Source: an uncultured Methanomassiliicoccales archaeon (GTDB taxonomy: Archaea > Thermoplasmatota > Thermoplasmata > RBG-16-68-12 > JAJISG01). Taken from it: 64,000 nucleotides of DNA. The DNA lies in contig CAYFYA010000009.1 in assembly GCA_964347325.1 (NCBI GenBank), positions 4,685 through 68,684 on the forward strand, read 5' to 3'. The first letter of the stretch is position 1. The number at the start of each line of letters is the position of its first letter. The notes below the pieces were generated by a model that worked only from the letters and a program-made list of their open reading frames with translations, did not search any database and was not told the DNA's origin. Positions 37,520 to 46,614 of the stretch are shown here, piece by piece. Position numbers and translations under genes: made by a program.

Positions 37520-37879
37520 ATGGCCCTTGAGCTCTACTATCCAGTCGCAGTTTTCGTGGTCATCGCAATCGCGTTTCCGTTCGTCACCTACTTGGCCACC
37601 AGGCTCCTTCGGAGGGATAGTCCGACACCCCTGAAGCTAACCACCTATGAGTGCGGCGAGGTACCAGAGGGGGAGGCGAATGTCCAGTTCAACTTCCAGT
37701 ACTACCTCTTCGCCATAATGTTCATTGTCTTCGATGCCGCGGCCATCTTCATCATCTTGTTCGGTCTCATCTACGGTGGCCTGTCGGTGCAGGCTCAGAT
37801 TCTCATGGCTCTGTTCATACTGATCATCACAGCGGCCACTCTGTACTCCCTCAAGAAGGAGGAGGTCTACACAGTTTGA
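37520..37879 (+). CDS. nuoA: NADH-quinone oxidoreductase subunit A
   Basis: 119 aa, 3 TM helices, typical NuoA sequence (TYECGEVPEG). Confidence 0.9.
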   Translation: MALELYYPVAVFVVIAIAFPFVTYLATRLLRRDSPTPLKLTTYECGEVPEGEANVQFNFQYYLFAIMFIVFDAAAIFIILFGLIYGGLSVQAQILMALFILIITAATLYSLKKEEVYTV

Positions 37880-37929
37880 GGAGAAGCATGGCGGTTGCTG
37901 GACTGGGCTGTGCACCTGCGGCCTAGGGT

Positions 37930-38388
37930 TTGGGCAGGGATAAAGTGGCCTTTGAGGATGACCTCGTAAAGGACTTGAAGAAGCGGTTCCCCGACGACGT
38001 CAAGGAGGCAACGGTCTCAAGACCTGGCCGGGTGAAGGCCTCGGTGACCCGAGACGGGTTGCGCCAGGTCTGCTTCTTTCTCAGGGAGGAGAAGGGGTTC
38101 GAGCACATCTCGTGCATTTCGGGTGTCGACTGGGTGGATCGCCTGGAGAACATCTACCACATCCTCTCGTACGAGAACGAGTGCATCATTCAGGTCAGCG
38201 TCGAAATTCCCGCAGACGACCCTTCAGTGCCAACAGTCTCGGAGATATGGAAGGGGGCCCTCTTCCACGAGCGAGAGGCCTATGATATGTTGGGGATCGA
38301 CTTTCAGGGCCATCCAGACCTTCGGCGAATCCTGCTGCCGAACGACTTCAAGTTCCATCCGCTGCGGAAGGACTACACGGGGGAGTGA
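37930..38388 (+). CDS. nuoC: NADH-quinone oxidoreductase subunit C (30 kDa)
   Basis: EREAYDMLGIDFQGHPDLRRILLP motif. Follows nuoA directly with no nuoB between them. TTG start. Confidence 0.85.
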   Translation: MGRDKVAFEDDLVKDLKKRFPDDVKEATVSRPGRVKASVTRDGLRQVCFFLREEKGFEHISCISGVDWVDRLENIYHILSYENECIIQVSVEIPADDPSVPTVSEIWKGALFHEREAYDMLGIDFQGHPDLRRILLPNDFKFHPLRKDYTGE

Positions 38389-39473
38389 TCGTGGCTGAGA
38401 CGATGTGGATAAACATGGGTCCACAACACCCCATGACCCATGGCCTGTGGAACCTCCGCATCAAGGTCGATGGTGACACCATCGTCGACGCCGACCCGGA
38501 GATGGGCTACCTCCACAGAGGAGTGGAGAAGATCTGTGAGGCCCGGGATTATCTAAAGCCCATCGTCCTCATGGATCGCCTCTGCTACGTCTCCTCTCTA
38601 ACGTGGGCCCACGTGTACTGCGTCGCTGTGGAGGACCTAATGGGGATCGAACCCCCACCCAGGGCCAAGTACCTGAGGGTCATCGGCTGTGAGCTCCAAA
38701 GGATGTCCTCCCATCTCATGTGGCTCGCCGCCTTTCTTGCGGACCTCGGCCTCCTCACGGGGTTCCTTTACAGCCTGAGGGAGAGGGAGCTCGTCCTCGA
38801 CCTCCTGCAGATGATGACGGGTCAGCGGATGAACCAGAACTACCCCAGGCCAGGCGGTGTCCACAACGACATCCCCCCGAACTTCCGCGATGAGATCAGG
38901 AAGGCCTTCAGGTATCTCCGTCCGAAGTTCAAGGAGTATGAGGACTTCCTTGACAAGAGTCCGACCTTCCTGCTGAGGACGCGAGATGTCGGGATTCTGA
39001 AACCGCAGGATGGCGTCAACTACGGGGTCACGGGACCCAACCTTCGAGGAAGTGGTGTCAGGGTGGACGTCCGGGAGATGCACCCCTATGACGCCTACGA
39101 CGAGCTGGATTTTGAACCAGTGATCTACGAGGGCGGTGATGCCTACGCCCGATATAAGGTGAGGATGGGAGAACTTATGGAAAGCATGAAGCTTATCGAT
39201 CAGGCCCTGGACCGGCTCCCGGATGGTCCCTTCCGTGTCAAGGCGCCGAAGAGGGCGGAGGGGGAGGGGTATGCCATCACAGAGGACGCCCGCGGCGAGG
39301 CCCTCATCTACATCATAGGCGACTCGAGCGATCGGCCGTATCGCGTGAAAATCAGATCTCCCATTTTCGTGACCCTCTCGGCGCTCCCGCTGATGCTCCG
39401 CGGCTATACAGTGGCAGATGTGGTCTCCATCACGGGAAGCATCGATGTCTGCGTGGGGGAGATTGACAAATGA
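38385..39473 (+). CDS. nuoD: NADH-quinone oxidoreductase subunit D (49 kDa)
   Basis: NMGPQHPMTHG N-terminus and typical NuoD length. Confidence 0.9.
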   Translation: MIVAETMWINMGPQHPMTHGLWNLRIKVDGDTIVDADPEMGYLHRGVEKICEARDYLKPIVLMDRLCYVSSLTWAHVYCVAVEDLMGIEPPPRAKYLRVIGCELQRMSSHLMWLAAFLADLGLLTGFLYSLRERELVLDLLQMMTGQRMNQNYPRPGGVHNDIPPNFRDEIRKAFRYLRPKFKEYEDFLDKSPTFLLRTRDVGILKPQDGVNYGVTGPNLRGSGVRVDVREMHPYDAYDELDFEPVIYEGGDAYARYKVRMGELMESMKLIDQALDRLPDGPFRVKAPKRAEGEGYAITEDARGEALIYIIGDSSDRPYRVKIRSPIFVTLSALPLMLRGYTVADVVSITGSIDVCVGEIDK

Positions 39474-40651
39474 GTTTTCCGCTGGTGAACCTCTTCGATG
39501 TGAGCTTCGCCATCACAGACTTCTTGGTGTGGCTCGCAACGGTGATTCTGCGAGCCATCGCCTCCGTCCCTCTGCTAGGATTCATCGGCTACATTGCTGA
39601 CTTCCTCAACTGGGAACCCGTCTTCTCCTTCCTCACTTGGGCCGTGGCAGCCACTCTGATTCTTCTTTGGGCGGCAATTCTCCACCTCTTGATCTTTATC
39701 TGGGTGGAGAGGAAGGTAGCCGCCCGCCTTCAGGACCGCCGCGGACCCATGCTGTCTCAACCCCTCCGGAGGAACTGGTGGAAGGGCACGGGCTTCTTCC
39801 AGGCCATTGCTGACGCGCTGAAGCTGCTCCAGAAGGAGAACATCACCCCCGCCGATGCAGACAAGCGCATGTTCCACCTGGCTCCCGCCCTCCTCATAGC
39901 CTCCACCCTGGTGATCCTCGTGGCCTTGCCCTTCAGTGAGACCTTCGTGATCGCCAACGTCCCGGCCGGGATCCTCCTCATCCTCGCCGCCTTCTCCCTG
40001 ACGCCCATGGCCATCCTCCTGGCGTCCTGGGCTCAGAACAACAAGTACGCCCTCCTCGGCGGAATGAGGGCCGCGGCCATGATGATGTCCTACGAGATTC
40101 CGATGATCCTGGCGACCATCGGCGTCATCATCATGGCGGGCACCCTCAACCCCATCGAGATCGTCCAGGCGCAGCAGACATCTTCGGTCATCGACGTCCT
40201 GGCCAACATAGGAATTCCGAACTGGTTCATCATTCCTCAGTTCCTAGGCTTCTTCATCTTCCTCCTTGCCATAATCGCTGAGACGGAGCGAGTCCCCTTC
40301 GACCTCCCGGAGGCTGAGGAGGAGCTGGTGCACGGTTGGCTCATCGAGTACGGGGGGATGAGGTACGGGATGGTCTTCGGCTTCAAGTGGCTCAGGACCT
40401 TCGTGGGAGCGGCCCTTGTAGCACTCCTATTCCTGGGCGGATGGGACGGCCCCTTCCTCCCCCAGGAGTTCTGGTTCGTGCTGAAGATCTACTTGGTCTT
40501 CTTCGTCTTTATCTGGATCAGCTGGTCGATTCCCCGCATCCGGATTGATCAGATGATGAACCTCGGCTGGAGAAAGCTCATCCCGCTGGCGCTCTTCAAC
40601 ATACTCTTGGCTGTCCTGGTGGCCCTCGCGAATTCCGAGGGGTGGATCTGA
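39470..40651 (+). CDS. nuoH: NADH-quinone oxidoreductase subunit H
   Basis: 8 TM helices with NuoH/ND1 conserved regions. Confidence 0.9.
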   Translation: MSFPLVNLFDVSFAITDFLVWLATVILRAIASVPLLGFIGYIADFLNWEPVFSFLTWAVAATLILLWAAILHLLIFIWVERKVAARLQDRRGPMLSQPLRRNWWKGTGFFQAIADALKLLQKENITPADADKRMFHLAPALLIASTLVILVALPFSETFVIANVPAGILLILAAFSLTPMAILLASWAQNNKYALLGGMRAAAMMMSYEIPMILATIGVIIMAGTLNPIEIVQAQQTSSVIDVLANIGIPNWFIIPQFLGFFIFLLAIIAETERVPFDLPEAEEELVHGWLIEYGGMRYGMVFGFKWLRTFVGAALVALLFLGGWDGPFLPQEFWFVLKIYLVFFVFIWISWSIPRIRIDQMMNLGWRKLIPLALFNILLAVLVALANSEGWI

Positions 40652-40675
40652 TGGTATCGAGGAGGAGGCTGTGAA

Positions 40676-40939
40676 GTGGTCGATGGCCTACTGATTGTCT
40701 TCGTCATTGTCTCCGCCATGGAGGTGATTGCGAGCCTAGCTGTGGTCACCGCAAAGAAGCTCATGTGGGCCGCTTTCTGGCTTGCCATAGCCCTCGTCAC
40801 TATGGCGGGCATATTCTTTCTATTCGAGTCTGAGTACGTGGCTCTGATCCAGATCATCGTATACGCCGGCGCAGTCCCGGTGTTGTTCCTCTTCGGCATC
40901 ATGCTGACCAGGTCGAGGGTCATGGAGGAGGTGCCATGA
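40676..40939 (+). CDS. nuoJ: NADH-quinone oxidoreductase subunit J, N-terminal half (split gene)
   Basis: NuoJ/ND6-like TM helices. Followed by a separate overlapping ORF for the C-terminal half. Confidence 0.7.
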   Translation: MVDGLLIVFVIVSAMEVIASLAVVTAKKLMWAAFWLAIALVTMAGIFFLFESEYVALIQIIVYAGAVPVLFLFGIMLTRSRVMEEVP

Positions 40940-41163
40940 AAGAGAGGATCCTCGTCTTCGTCGGCCTCGTCCTTCTCACGGCCCTGATGGTGCTCTCCTT
41001 CGGTGGTCTGCCCTGGAATCCCGGGGCCCAGACGGTGTCGAACGAGAGCGTCGCAGAGTCGCTCTTTTCGGACTTCGGCCTCGCAATGATCGTTATGGCC
41101 CTGCTCTTGGCCGTGGCCATGGTCGGAGGAGTGTTCCTGGCCAGGAGGGAGCGGGAGCCATGA
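40936..41163 (+). CDS. nuoJ: NADH-quinone oxidoreductase subunit J, C-terminal half (split gene)
   Basis: TM - soluble loop - TM, typical of the NuoJ C-terminus. ATGA overlaps at both ends. Confidence 0.65.
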   Translation: MKERILVFVGLVLLTALMVLSFGGLPWNPGAQTVSNESVAESLFSDFGLAMIVMALLLAVAMVGGVFLARREREP

Positions 41164-41462
41164 TACCCCTCGAATGGGAGCTCTCTCTATCAGCCATCCT
41201 GTTCGCCATAGGCCTCTACGGGGTCCTGGTGCGGAGAAACGGCATCATCGTCCTGATGTCCGTGGAGATCATGCTGGCGGCAGCCATCATGAACTTCGTC
41301 GCCTTCTCAGCCTATATTAACGACCCTTCGGGACAGATACTCGCCCTGCTGTCCATAGCCCTGGCGGCGGGGGAAGCAGCCATCGGACTAGCCATCTTCC
41401 TGGTGCTCTACCGCGTCCACGGCACTGTCGACCTGGATAAGGTGAGAATCCTCAGGTGGTAG
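41160..41462 (+). CDS. nuoK: NADH-quinone oxidoreductase subunit K
   Basis: 100 aa, 3 TM helices, conserved Glu positions (MSVEIMLAA). Confidence 0.9.
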   Translation: MIPLEWELSLSAILFAIGLYGVLVRRNGIIVLMSVEIMLAAAIMNFVAFSAYINDPSGQILALLSIALAAGEAAIGLAIFLVLYRVHGTVDLDKVRILRW

Positions 41463-41463
41463 G

Positions 41464-43539
41464 TTGTCAGCCCTGGCATGGATTGTTGACATCTCGTGGC
41501 TCATCGTGGCCTCACCCCTTCTGGCCTTCGCCGTCGTCCTAATCTCAGGGAAGAGGCAGTGGCAGGGTGGAGCCCTTTGGACCATCGGGTCCATCGGACT
41601 CTCCTTTGTGCTGTCGATGATCCTTCTAATCCACGCCCTCCTCAACGGCGCCCTGGGAGGACACTTCGAGCCTGTGGAAACGGTCTGGTATCGCTGGATC
41701 GGCCCCGAGGGCTCCGGCTTCGCTATTCACCTCGGCATGCTCATCGACAACCTCAGCGTCCTCATGCTGGCCGTCGTCTCCTTCCTCTCCCTTCTCATCG
41801 CGATCTACTCCCTCGGATACATGGGCCGCGAAAAGGACAAGGCCCGCTACTACTCCCAGATCGCCCTCTTCGTCACGGGAATGCTGGGGACGGTCTCTGC
41901 CAACAACTTCCTCCAGCTCCTCATCTTTTGGGAGATAATGGGGCTCTGCTCCTACCTGCTGATCGGCTACTGGTATCATAAACCCGAGGCGGCCAGCGCG
42001 GCGAAGAAGGCCTTCATTGTCACCCGAGTGGGCGACATCATGTTTCTGGCGGGCGTCATCGCGGTCTTCATCATCTTCGGCACCTTCAACATCCTGGAGG
42101 TGTCGAGACTAGCACAGGGGGTTCCGGTACATCTCATCCTCATCGTCCCCGTCCTGTTCTTCGGAGGCGCGATGGGCAAGAGCGCCCAGTTTCCTCTCCA
42201 CGCGTGGCTGCCGGATGCCATGGAAGGCCCCACAACGGTGAGCGCCCTCATCCATGCGGCTACCATGGTGAAAGCCGGCGTCTACCTCACGGGCCGGGCT
42301 CTCCCGCTGGTGGCGAACTCCCTCGACGCCAGCCTCCTGGTGGCCTTCATCGGAGGCTTCACAGCCTTCTTTGCCGCCACCATGGCCCTGGCCAACTACG
42401 ACATCAAACGTGTCCTCGCCTTCTCCACCATCAGCCAGCTGGGCTACATGTTCCTCGCCCTGGGTACCGCGGCCTATGCCATACAGGTCGGCTTGGAGGG
42501 CTCGGGAGAGGCCTATGGAGCGGCCTTCTTCCATCTGACAAACCACGCCTTCTTCAAGGCCCTCCTCTTCCTCGGTGCTGGGAGCGTCATCCATGCCGTG
42601 GGCACCAACGACATGAGGAAGATGGGGGGGCTCCATGCGAAGATGCGCATCACCTCCCTCACCATGCTCATAGGGGCCATTTCCATCAGCGGCATCTTCC
42701 CCTTCAGCGGTTTCTGGAGCAAGGACGAGGTCCTGGCCACGGCCTTTGGTGCCTCGGGGGTGGAACAGACCTTCCTCTTCCTCTGGATCCTGGGGGTCCT
42801 CACCGCCTTCATGACCGCCTTCTACATGTTCCGCCTCTGGTACATGACCTTCCGGGGGTCCCCCCGCTGGGAGACGGAGCCCCACGAGTCGCCCAAGGTC
42901 ATGACCACGCCGCTGATGATACTCTCCCTCTTCGCCGTCGGCTCAGGTCTTGTGATATTCGCGATGGGAGGTTTCAGCAACTTCATCTTTCCGGGGGTAG
43001 AGGGAGCCCATCCAGAGTTCTCGAACCCAGTCGACATTTTACTGAAGACCTTCACTGGTGCCGGGAGCTTCTCGACGTACGTCTCTCTTCTCCTGGCCCT
43101 CGCTGGCCTCGGCCTCGCCAGGACCATCTACCTGCGGAATCGCCCGTCGCCTGACGTCTTCACAGCCACACGCTCCCGGGCCTCCCTACACACGATGCTT
43201 GAGCGGAGGTATTGGATCGACGACCTCTACGATTACATCGGAGCCAAGGTGGTCTACGGCCTGGCGAGGTTGAGCGATTTCATCGACCGCTACATCATAG
43301 ACGGCTTCGTCAACCTGGTGGCCAGGGGAACCGTCTTCACGGGTCGAGGAACCGACATCTTCGATCGGAAGGGTGTCGATGGCGTGGTGAACGGCATCAG
43401 CCTGAGGACCATCAGGGGAGGGTGGACACTACGGCGAGGCGAGACGGGTCAGGTTCAGACCTACGCTGCGATCATCATCCTCGGAGCGGCCTTCGTTCTC
43501 TTCCTGATCCAGGTTGTCTTTCCACTTCTGGGGGTGTGA
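41464..43539 (+). CDS. nuoL: NADH-quinone oxidoreductase subunit L
   Basis: 691-aa antiporter-like subunit with the long C-terminal helix region. Confidence 0.9.
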   Translation: MSALAWIVDISWLIVASPLLAFAVVLISGKRQWQGGALWTIGSIGLSFVLSMILLIHALLNGALGGHFEPVETVWYRWIGPEGSGFAIHLGMLIDNLSVLMLAVVSFLSLLIAIYSLGYMGREKDKARYYSQIALFVTGMLGTVSANNFLQLLIFWEIMGLCSYLLIGYWYHKPEAASAAKKAFIVTRVGDIMFLAGVIAVFIIFGTFNILEVSRLAQGVPVHLILIVPVLFFGGAMGKSAQFPLHAWLPDAMEGPTTVSALIHAATMVKAGVYLTGRALPLVANSLDASLLVAFIGGFTAFFAATMALANYDIKRVLAFSTISQLGYMFLALGTAAYAIQVGLEGSGEAYGAAFFHLTNHAFFKALLFLGAGSVIHAVGTNDMRKMGGLHAKMRITSLTMLIGAISISGIFPFSGFWSKDEVLATAFGASGVEQTFLFLWILGVLTAFMTAFYMFRLWYMTFRGSPRWETEPHESPKVMTTPLMILSLFAVGSGLVIFAMGGFSNFIFPGVEGAHPEFSNPVDILLKTFTGAGSFSTYVSLLLALAGLGLARTIYLRNRPSPDVFTATRSRASLHTMLERRYWIDDLYDYIGAKVVYGLARLSDFIDRYIIDGFVNLVARGTVFTGRGTDIFDRKGVDGVVNGISLRTIRGGWTLRRGETGQVQTYAAIIILGAAFVLFLIQVVFPLLGV

Positions 43540-43542
43540 CGA

Positions 43543-45063
43543 GTGGCTCTCCCCTACATCTCCGCGATGATCGCGCTCCCCGCCCTCGCAGCCCTAGTCT
43601 CGCTCTTGGGACCCTGGAGCCGGACACAGGCTAGGTGGATTGCCATCGGGTCGGCTCTAATCACCTTCCTAATCTCACTGGCCGTTCTCCTATCCGTCAT
43701 TACGCCCTTCCTGGACCTCGGCCTCCAGCCCGACCCGACGGGAACTTTCGTCGCCTACGAGGAATACCTCTGGTTCCGCATAGGGGACCTGCCGGTCTTC
43801 TTCAGAGTTGGCGTCGATGGGCTCTCCCTCCCCCTTGTCTTCCTCACCGGCCTCCTGTTCCTGGTGGCCGTCATCTTCCCTATGGAGGAGGCGTACAAGC
43901 CGAAAGAGTACTACGCCCTCCTGCAGGTCATCAGCCTGGCCCTCATCGGGGTGTTCATTTCCCTGGACTTCCTGCAGTTCTTCGTCTTCTGGGAGCTCGT
44001 CCTGATACCGATGTACTTCCTCATCAACATCTGGGGAGGTCCGAACAAGCACTACGCCGCCATCAAGTTCCTGATATTCACCCACGTGGGCGGTGTCATC
44101 ATGCTCGTCGGGATCTTCTTCCTGGTCTCATCGACGGGGACACTGAACATGATCGAGATCATCCAGCGAGCCCCGCTACTTCCTCTTTCTCTGCAGGTGA
44201 GCGCCTTCGTGGCCTTCCTCATAGGCTTCGGCGTCAAGCTTCCCATGGTTCCACTGCATACCTGGCTACCGGACGCTCACGTGGAGGCCCCTACAGCCGG
44301 TTCGGTCATTCTGGCCGGCGTCCTGCTAAAGATGGGAGGGTACGGCATCTTCCGCGTAGCTTACTCCATGCTCCCTGGCGCAGCGGTGGAACTGTGGTGG
44401 CTGGTGGCCATCCTGGGCGTTGTGAGCATGATATATGCATCTTTGGTCTGCCTCGCCCAGGTCGACTTGAAGAGGCTCATAGCCTACTCAAGCATCGGCC
44501 ACATGGGGTTCGTCCTTCTCGGAGCTTCGACCATTACCGCTGTCGGCGTCGCCGGAGCGATCTTCCAGCTCTTCAACCACGGCCTCGTGACGGCCGTACT
44601 GTTCATGCTTGCGGGGGCGGTGAAGCACGCAACGGGAAGCCGTCTGATTCCCCACCTCAGGGGCCTGGGATCCAAGATGCCCATCTTTGCCTTCATCCTC
44701 ATCCTTAGCTTCCTGGCCTCCCTCGGGCTGCCAGGCCTCAACACCTTTGTCAGCGAATTCATGGTCTTCGTCGGCACTTATGCAGGACTCCCCGAGGGCC
44801 AGAAGATCCTAGTGATCATTCCGCTCCTCGCAGTAGTCCTCGCCGGCGCATACTACCTCTGGACCATGCAGCGAGTCCTCATGGGTAGCTTCAACGTCCG
44901 GTTAGGAGCCGCCAGGGATCTGCACCTCGACGAGTACCTCCCGATGGTGCTGGTGGCTGTTCTCATAGTCCTGACGGGTCTCTTCCCCGCCATCTGGATC
45001 GACCAGATCTACCCATTTAGCCAGGTCATCGAGGGGTCCGTAGCTCTGGCAGGAGGTGGATGA
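43543..45063 (+). CDS. nuoM: NADH-quinone oxidoreductase subunit M (copy 1)
   Basis: PMVPLHTWLPDAHVEAPTAGSVILAGVLLKMGGYG antiporter signature. Confidence 0.9.
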   Translation: MALPYISAMIALPALAALVSLLGPWSRTQARWIAIGSALITFLISLAVLLSVITPFLDLGLQPDPTGTFVAYEEYLWFRIGDLPVFFRVGVDGLSLPLVFLTGLLFLVAVIFPMEEAYKPKEYYALLQVISLALIGVFISLDFLQFFVFWELVLIPMYFLINIWGGPNKHYAAIKFLIFTHVGGVIMLVGIFFLVSSTGTLNMIEIIQRAPLLPLSLQVSAFVAFLIGFGVKLPMVPLHTWLPDAHVEAPTAGSVILAGVLLKMGGYGIFRVAYSMLPGAAVELWWLVAILGVVSMIYASLVCLAQVDLKRLIAYSSIGHMGFVLLGASTITAVGVAGAIFQLFNHGLVTAVLFMLAGAVKHATGSRLIPHLRGLGSKMPIFAFILILSFLASLGLPGLNTFVSEFMVFVGTYAGLPEGQKILVIIPLLAVVLAGAYYLWTMQRVLMGSFNVRLGAARDLHLDEYLPMVLVAVLIVLTGLFPAIWIDQIYPFSQVIEGSVALAGGG

Positions 45064-46614
45064 GTGGTGGAGATACCAATTCTAACCATCATGCTCTTCG
45101 CCCCCCTGTTCGGGGTTCTCCTGACCTACGCCCTGGGCGAGCGGAGAGGTGCGGTTAGGGTCGCCTCGGTTGTCGTCTCACTTGTTCCCCTGGCGCTCTC
45201 AATCTATCTCCTCTTTGGCTTCCTTCGACCCGACCTGTTTTCACTGGCCACCGACCCCCTGACGGGCCGATATCGCGCCTACGAGGAGGCCCTTTGGATA
45301 CCCCACATCAACGTCTTCTACCGCCTCGGCGTGGACGAGCTCTCCTTCTCTCTTGTCCTGCTAACGGCGATCCTGGTCCCCCTGGCGGTGATATTCTCCT
45401 GGGACGAGGAGCACCGCGTGCGGGAGTTCCACGCAATGCTTCTCCTGATGGAAACCACTATCCTCGGAGTCTTCATGGCTCTGGACTTTTTCCTGTTCTT
45501 CATCTTCTGGGAGCTGCAGCTCGTCCCGATGTACTTCCTGATAGCGATTTGGGGTGGTCCCAGGAGGAGGTACGCGGCGATCAAGTTCTTCCTTTACACG
45601 CAGGCGGCGAGCTTACTGGTTCTCGTCGGTGTCTTCGCGTTCTACTTCTACATGGGAGGCGGAGTCGACGCCTTCAACATGATTGCCATCATCGAAACCT
45701 CCCCCGTTCCGGTCGGCACTATCCAGACGGTCCTCTTCGTCGTTCTCCTGATAGGCTTCGGGACGAAGCTCCCGATGGTGCCGCTGCACACTTGGCTGCC
45801 GGATGCCCATGTGGAGGCTCCGACGGCGGGCTCGGTCATCCTGGCCGGCGTCCTCCTAAAGATGGGAGGCTATGGCCTGATCCGCGCCAACGTCCAGATG
45901 CTACCCCAGGCCTCCGTGGAACTCTTCTGGCTCTTCACCATCATCGGAACGATCAGCATCCTCTACGGCGCCTTGGTCTGCTTGGCGCAGGACGACCTCA
46001 AGCGTCTCATTGCCAACTCGAGCATTAGCCACATGGGGATCGTCATGTTGGGAATCGGGGCCTCCCTCTTCGCCTTCGACCAAGGCGCCGGGGGCTCCCT
46101 CAGCGGCCTCATGGGGATGAGCGGCGCCATCTTCCAGATGTTCGCCCACGGGCTGATTAGCGCTGCCCTCTTCATGCTCGCAGGCTCCGTCCTCCATCGA
46201 CTCGGCACTAGGAACATCTCGGAGCTCGGGGGAATCGCGAACCGAGTCCCAGTGCTGTCTGCGTTCATCTTGACCGCCTTCCTGGCCTCCCTCGGCCTCC
46301 CTGGCCTCGTCGGATTCGTGGCCGAGTTCACCGTCTTCCTGGGCACCTACGAGGCCTTCGGCCTCTGGGTCCTTCTCCCCATATTGACCGTGGTCCTGAC
46401 GGCCGCCTATTACCTCTACGCCGTCCAGCGAGCCGTCCATGGACCCTTTAACGAGAGGCTTGGCTCGATCAAGGACATCTCGCTCTATGAGTTCCTCCCT
46501 CTGGGCGCACTGGCGGCCCTCTTCGCCCTCTTCGGCATCTTCCCGACGCCGCTAATGGATCTCTTCAGTGACTGGACCAGGGTGCTCTTCGAGACAATCG
46601 GGGGGATGATCTAG
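45064..46614 (+). CDS. nuoM: NADH-quinone oxidoreductase subunit M (tandem paralog, copy 2)
   Basis: Same PMVPLHTWLPDAHVEAPTAGSVILAGVLLKMGGYG motif. The flanks have diverged from copy 1. Confidence 0.85.
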   Translation: MVEIPILTIMLFAPLFGVLLTYALGERRGAVRVASVVVSLVPLALSIYLLFGFLRPDLFSLATDPLTGRYRAYEEALWIPHINVFYRLGVDELSFSLVLLTAILVPLAVIFSWDEEHRVREFHAMLLLMETTILGVFMALDFFLFFIFWELQLVPMYFLIAIWGGPRRRYAAIKFFLYTQAASLLVLVGVFAFYFYMGGGVDAFNMIAIIETSPVPVGTIQTVLFVVLLIGFGTKLPMVPLHTWLPDAHVEAPTAGSVILAGVLLKMGGYGLIRANVQMLPQASVELFWLFTIIGTISILYGALVCLAQDDLKRLIANSSISHMGIVMLGIGASLFAFDQGAGGSLSGLMGMSGAIFQMFAHGLISAALFMLAGSVLHRLGTRNISELGGIANRVPVLSAFILTAFLASLGLPGLVGFVAEFTVFLGTYEAFGLWVLLPILTVVLTAAYYLYAVQRAVHGPFNERLGSIKDISLYEFLPLGALAALFALFGIFPTPLMDLFSDWTRVLFETIGGMI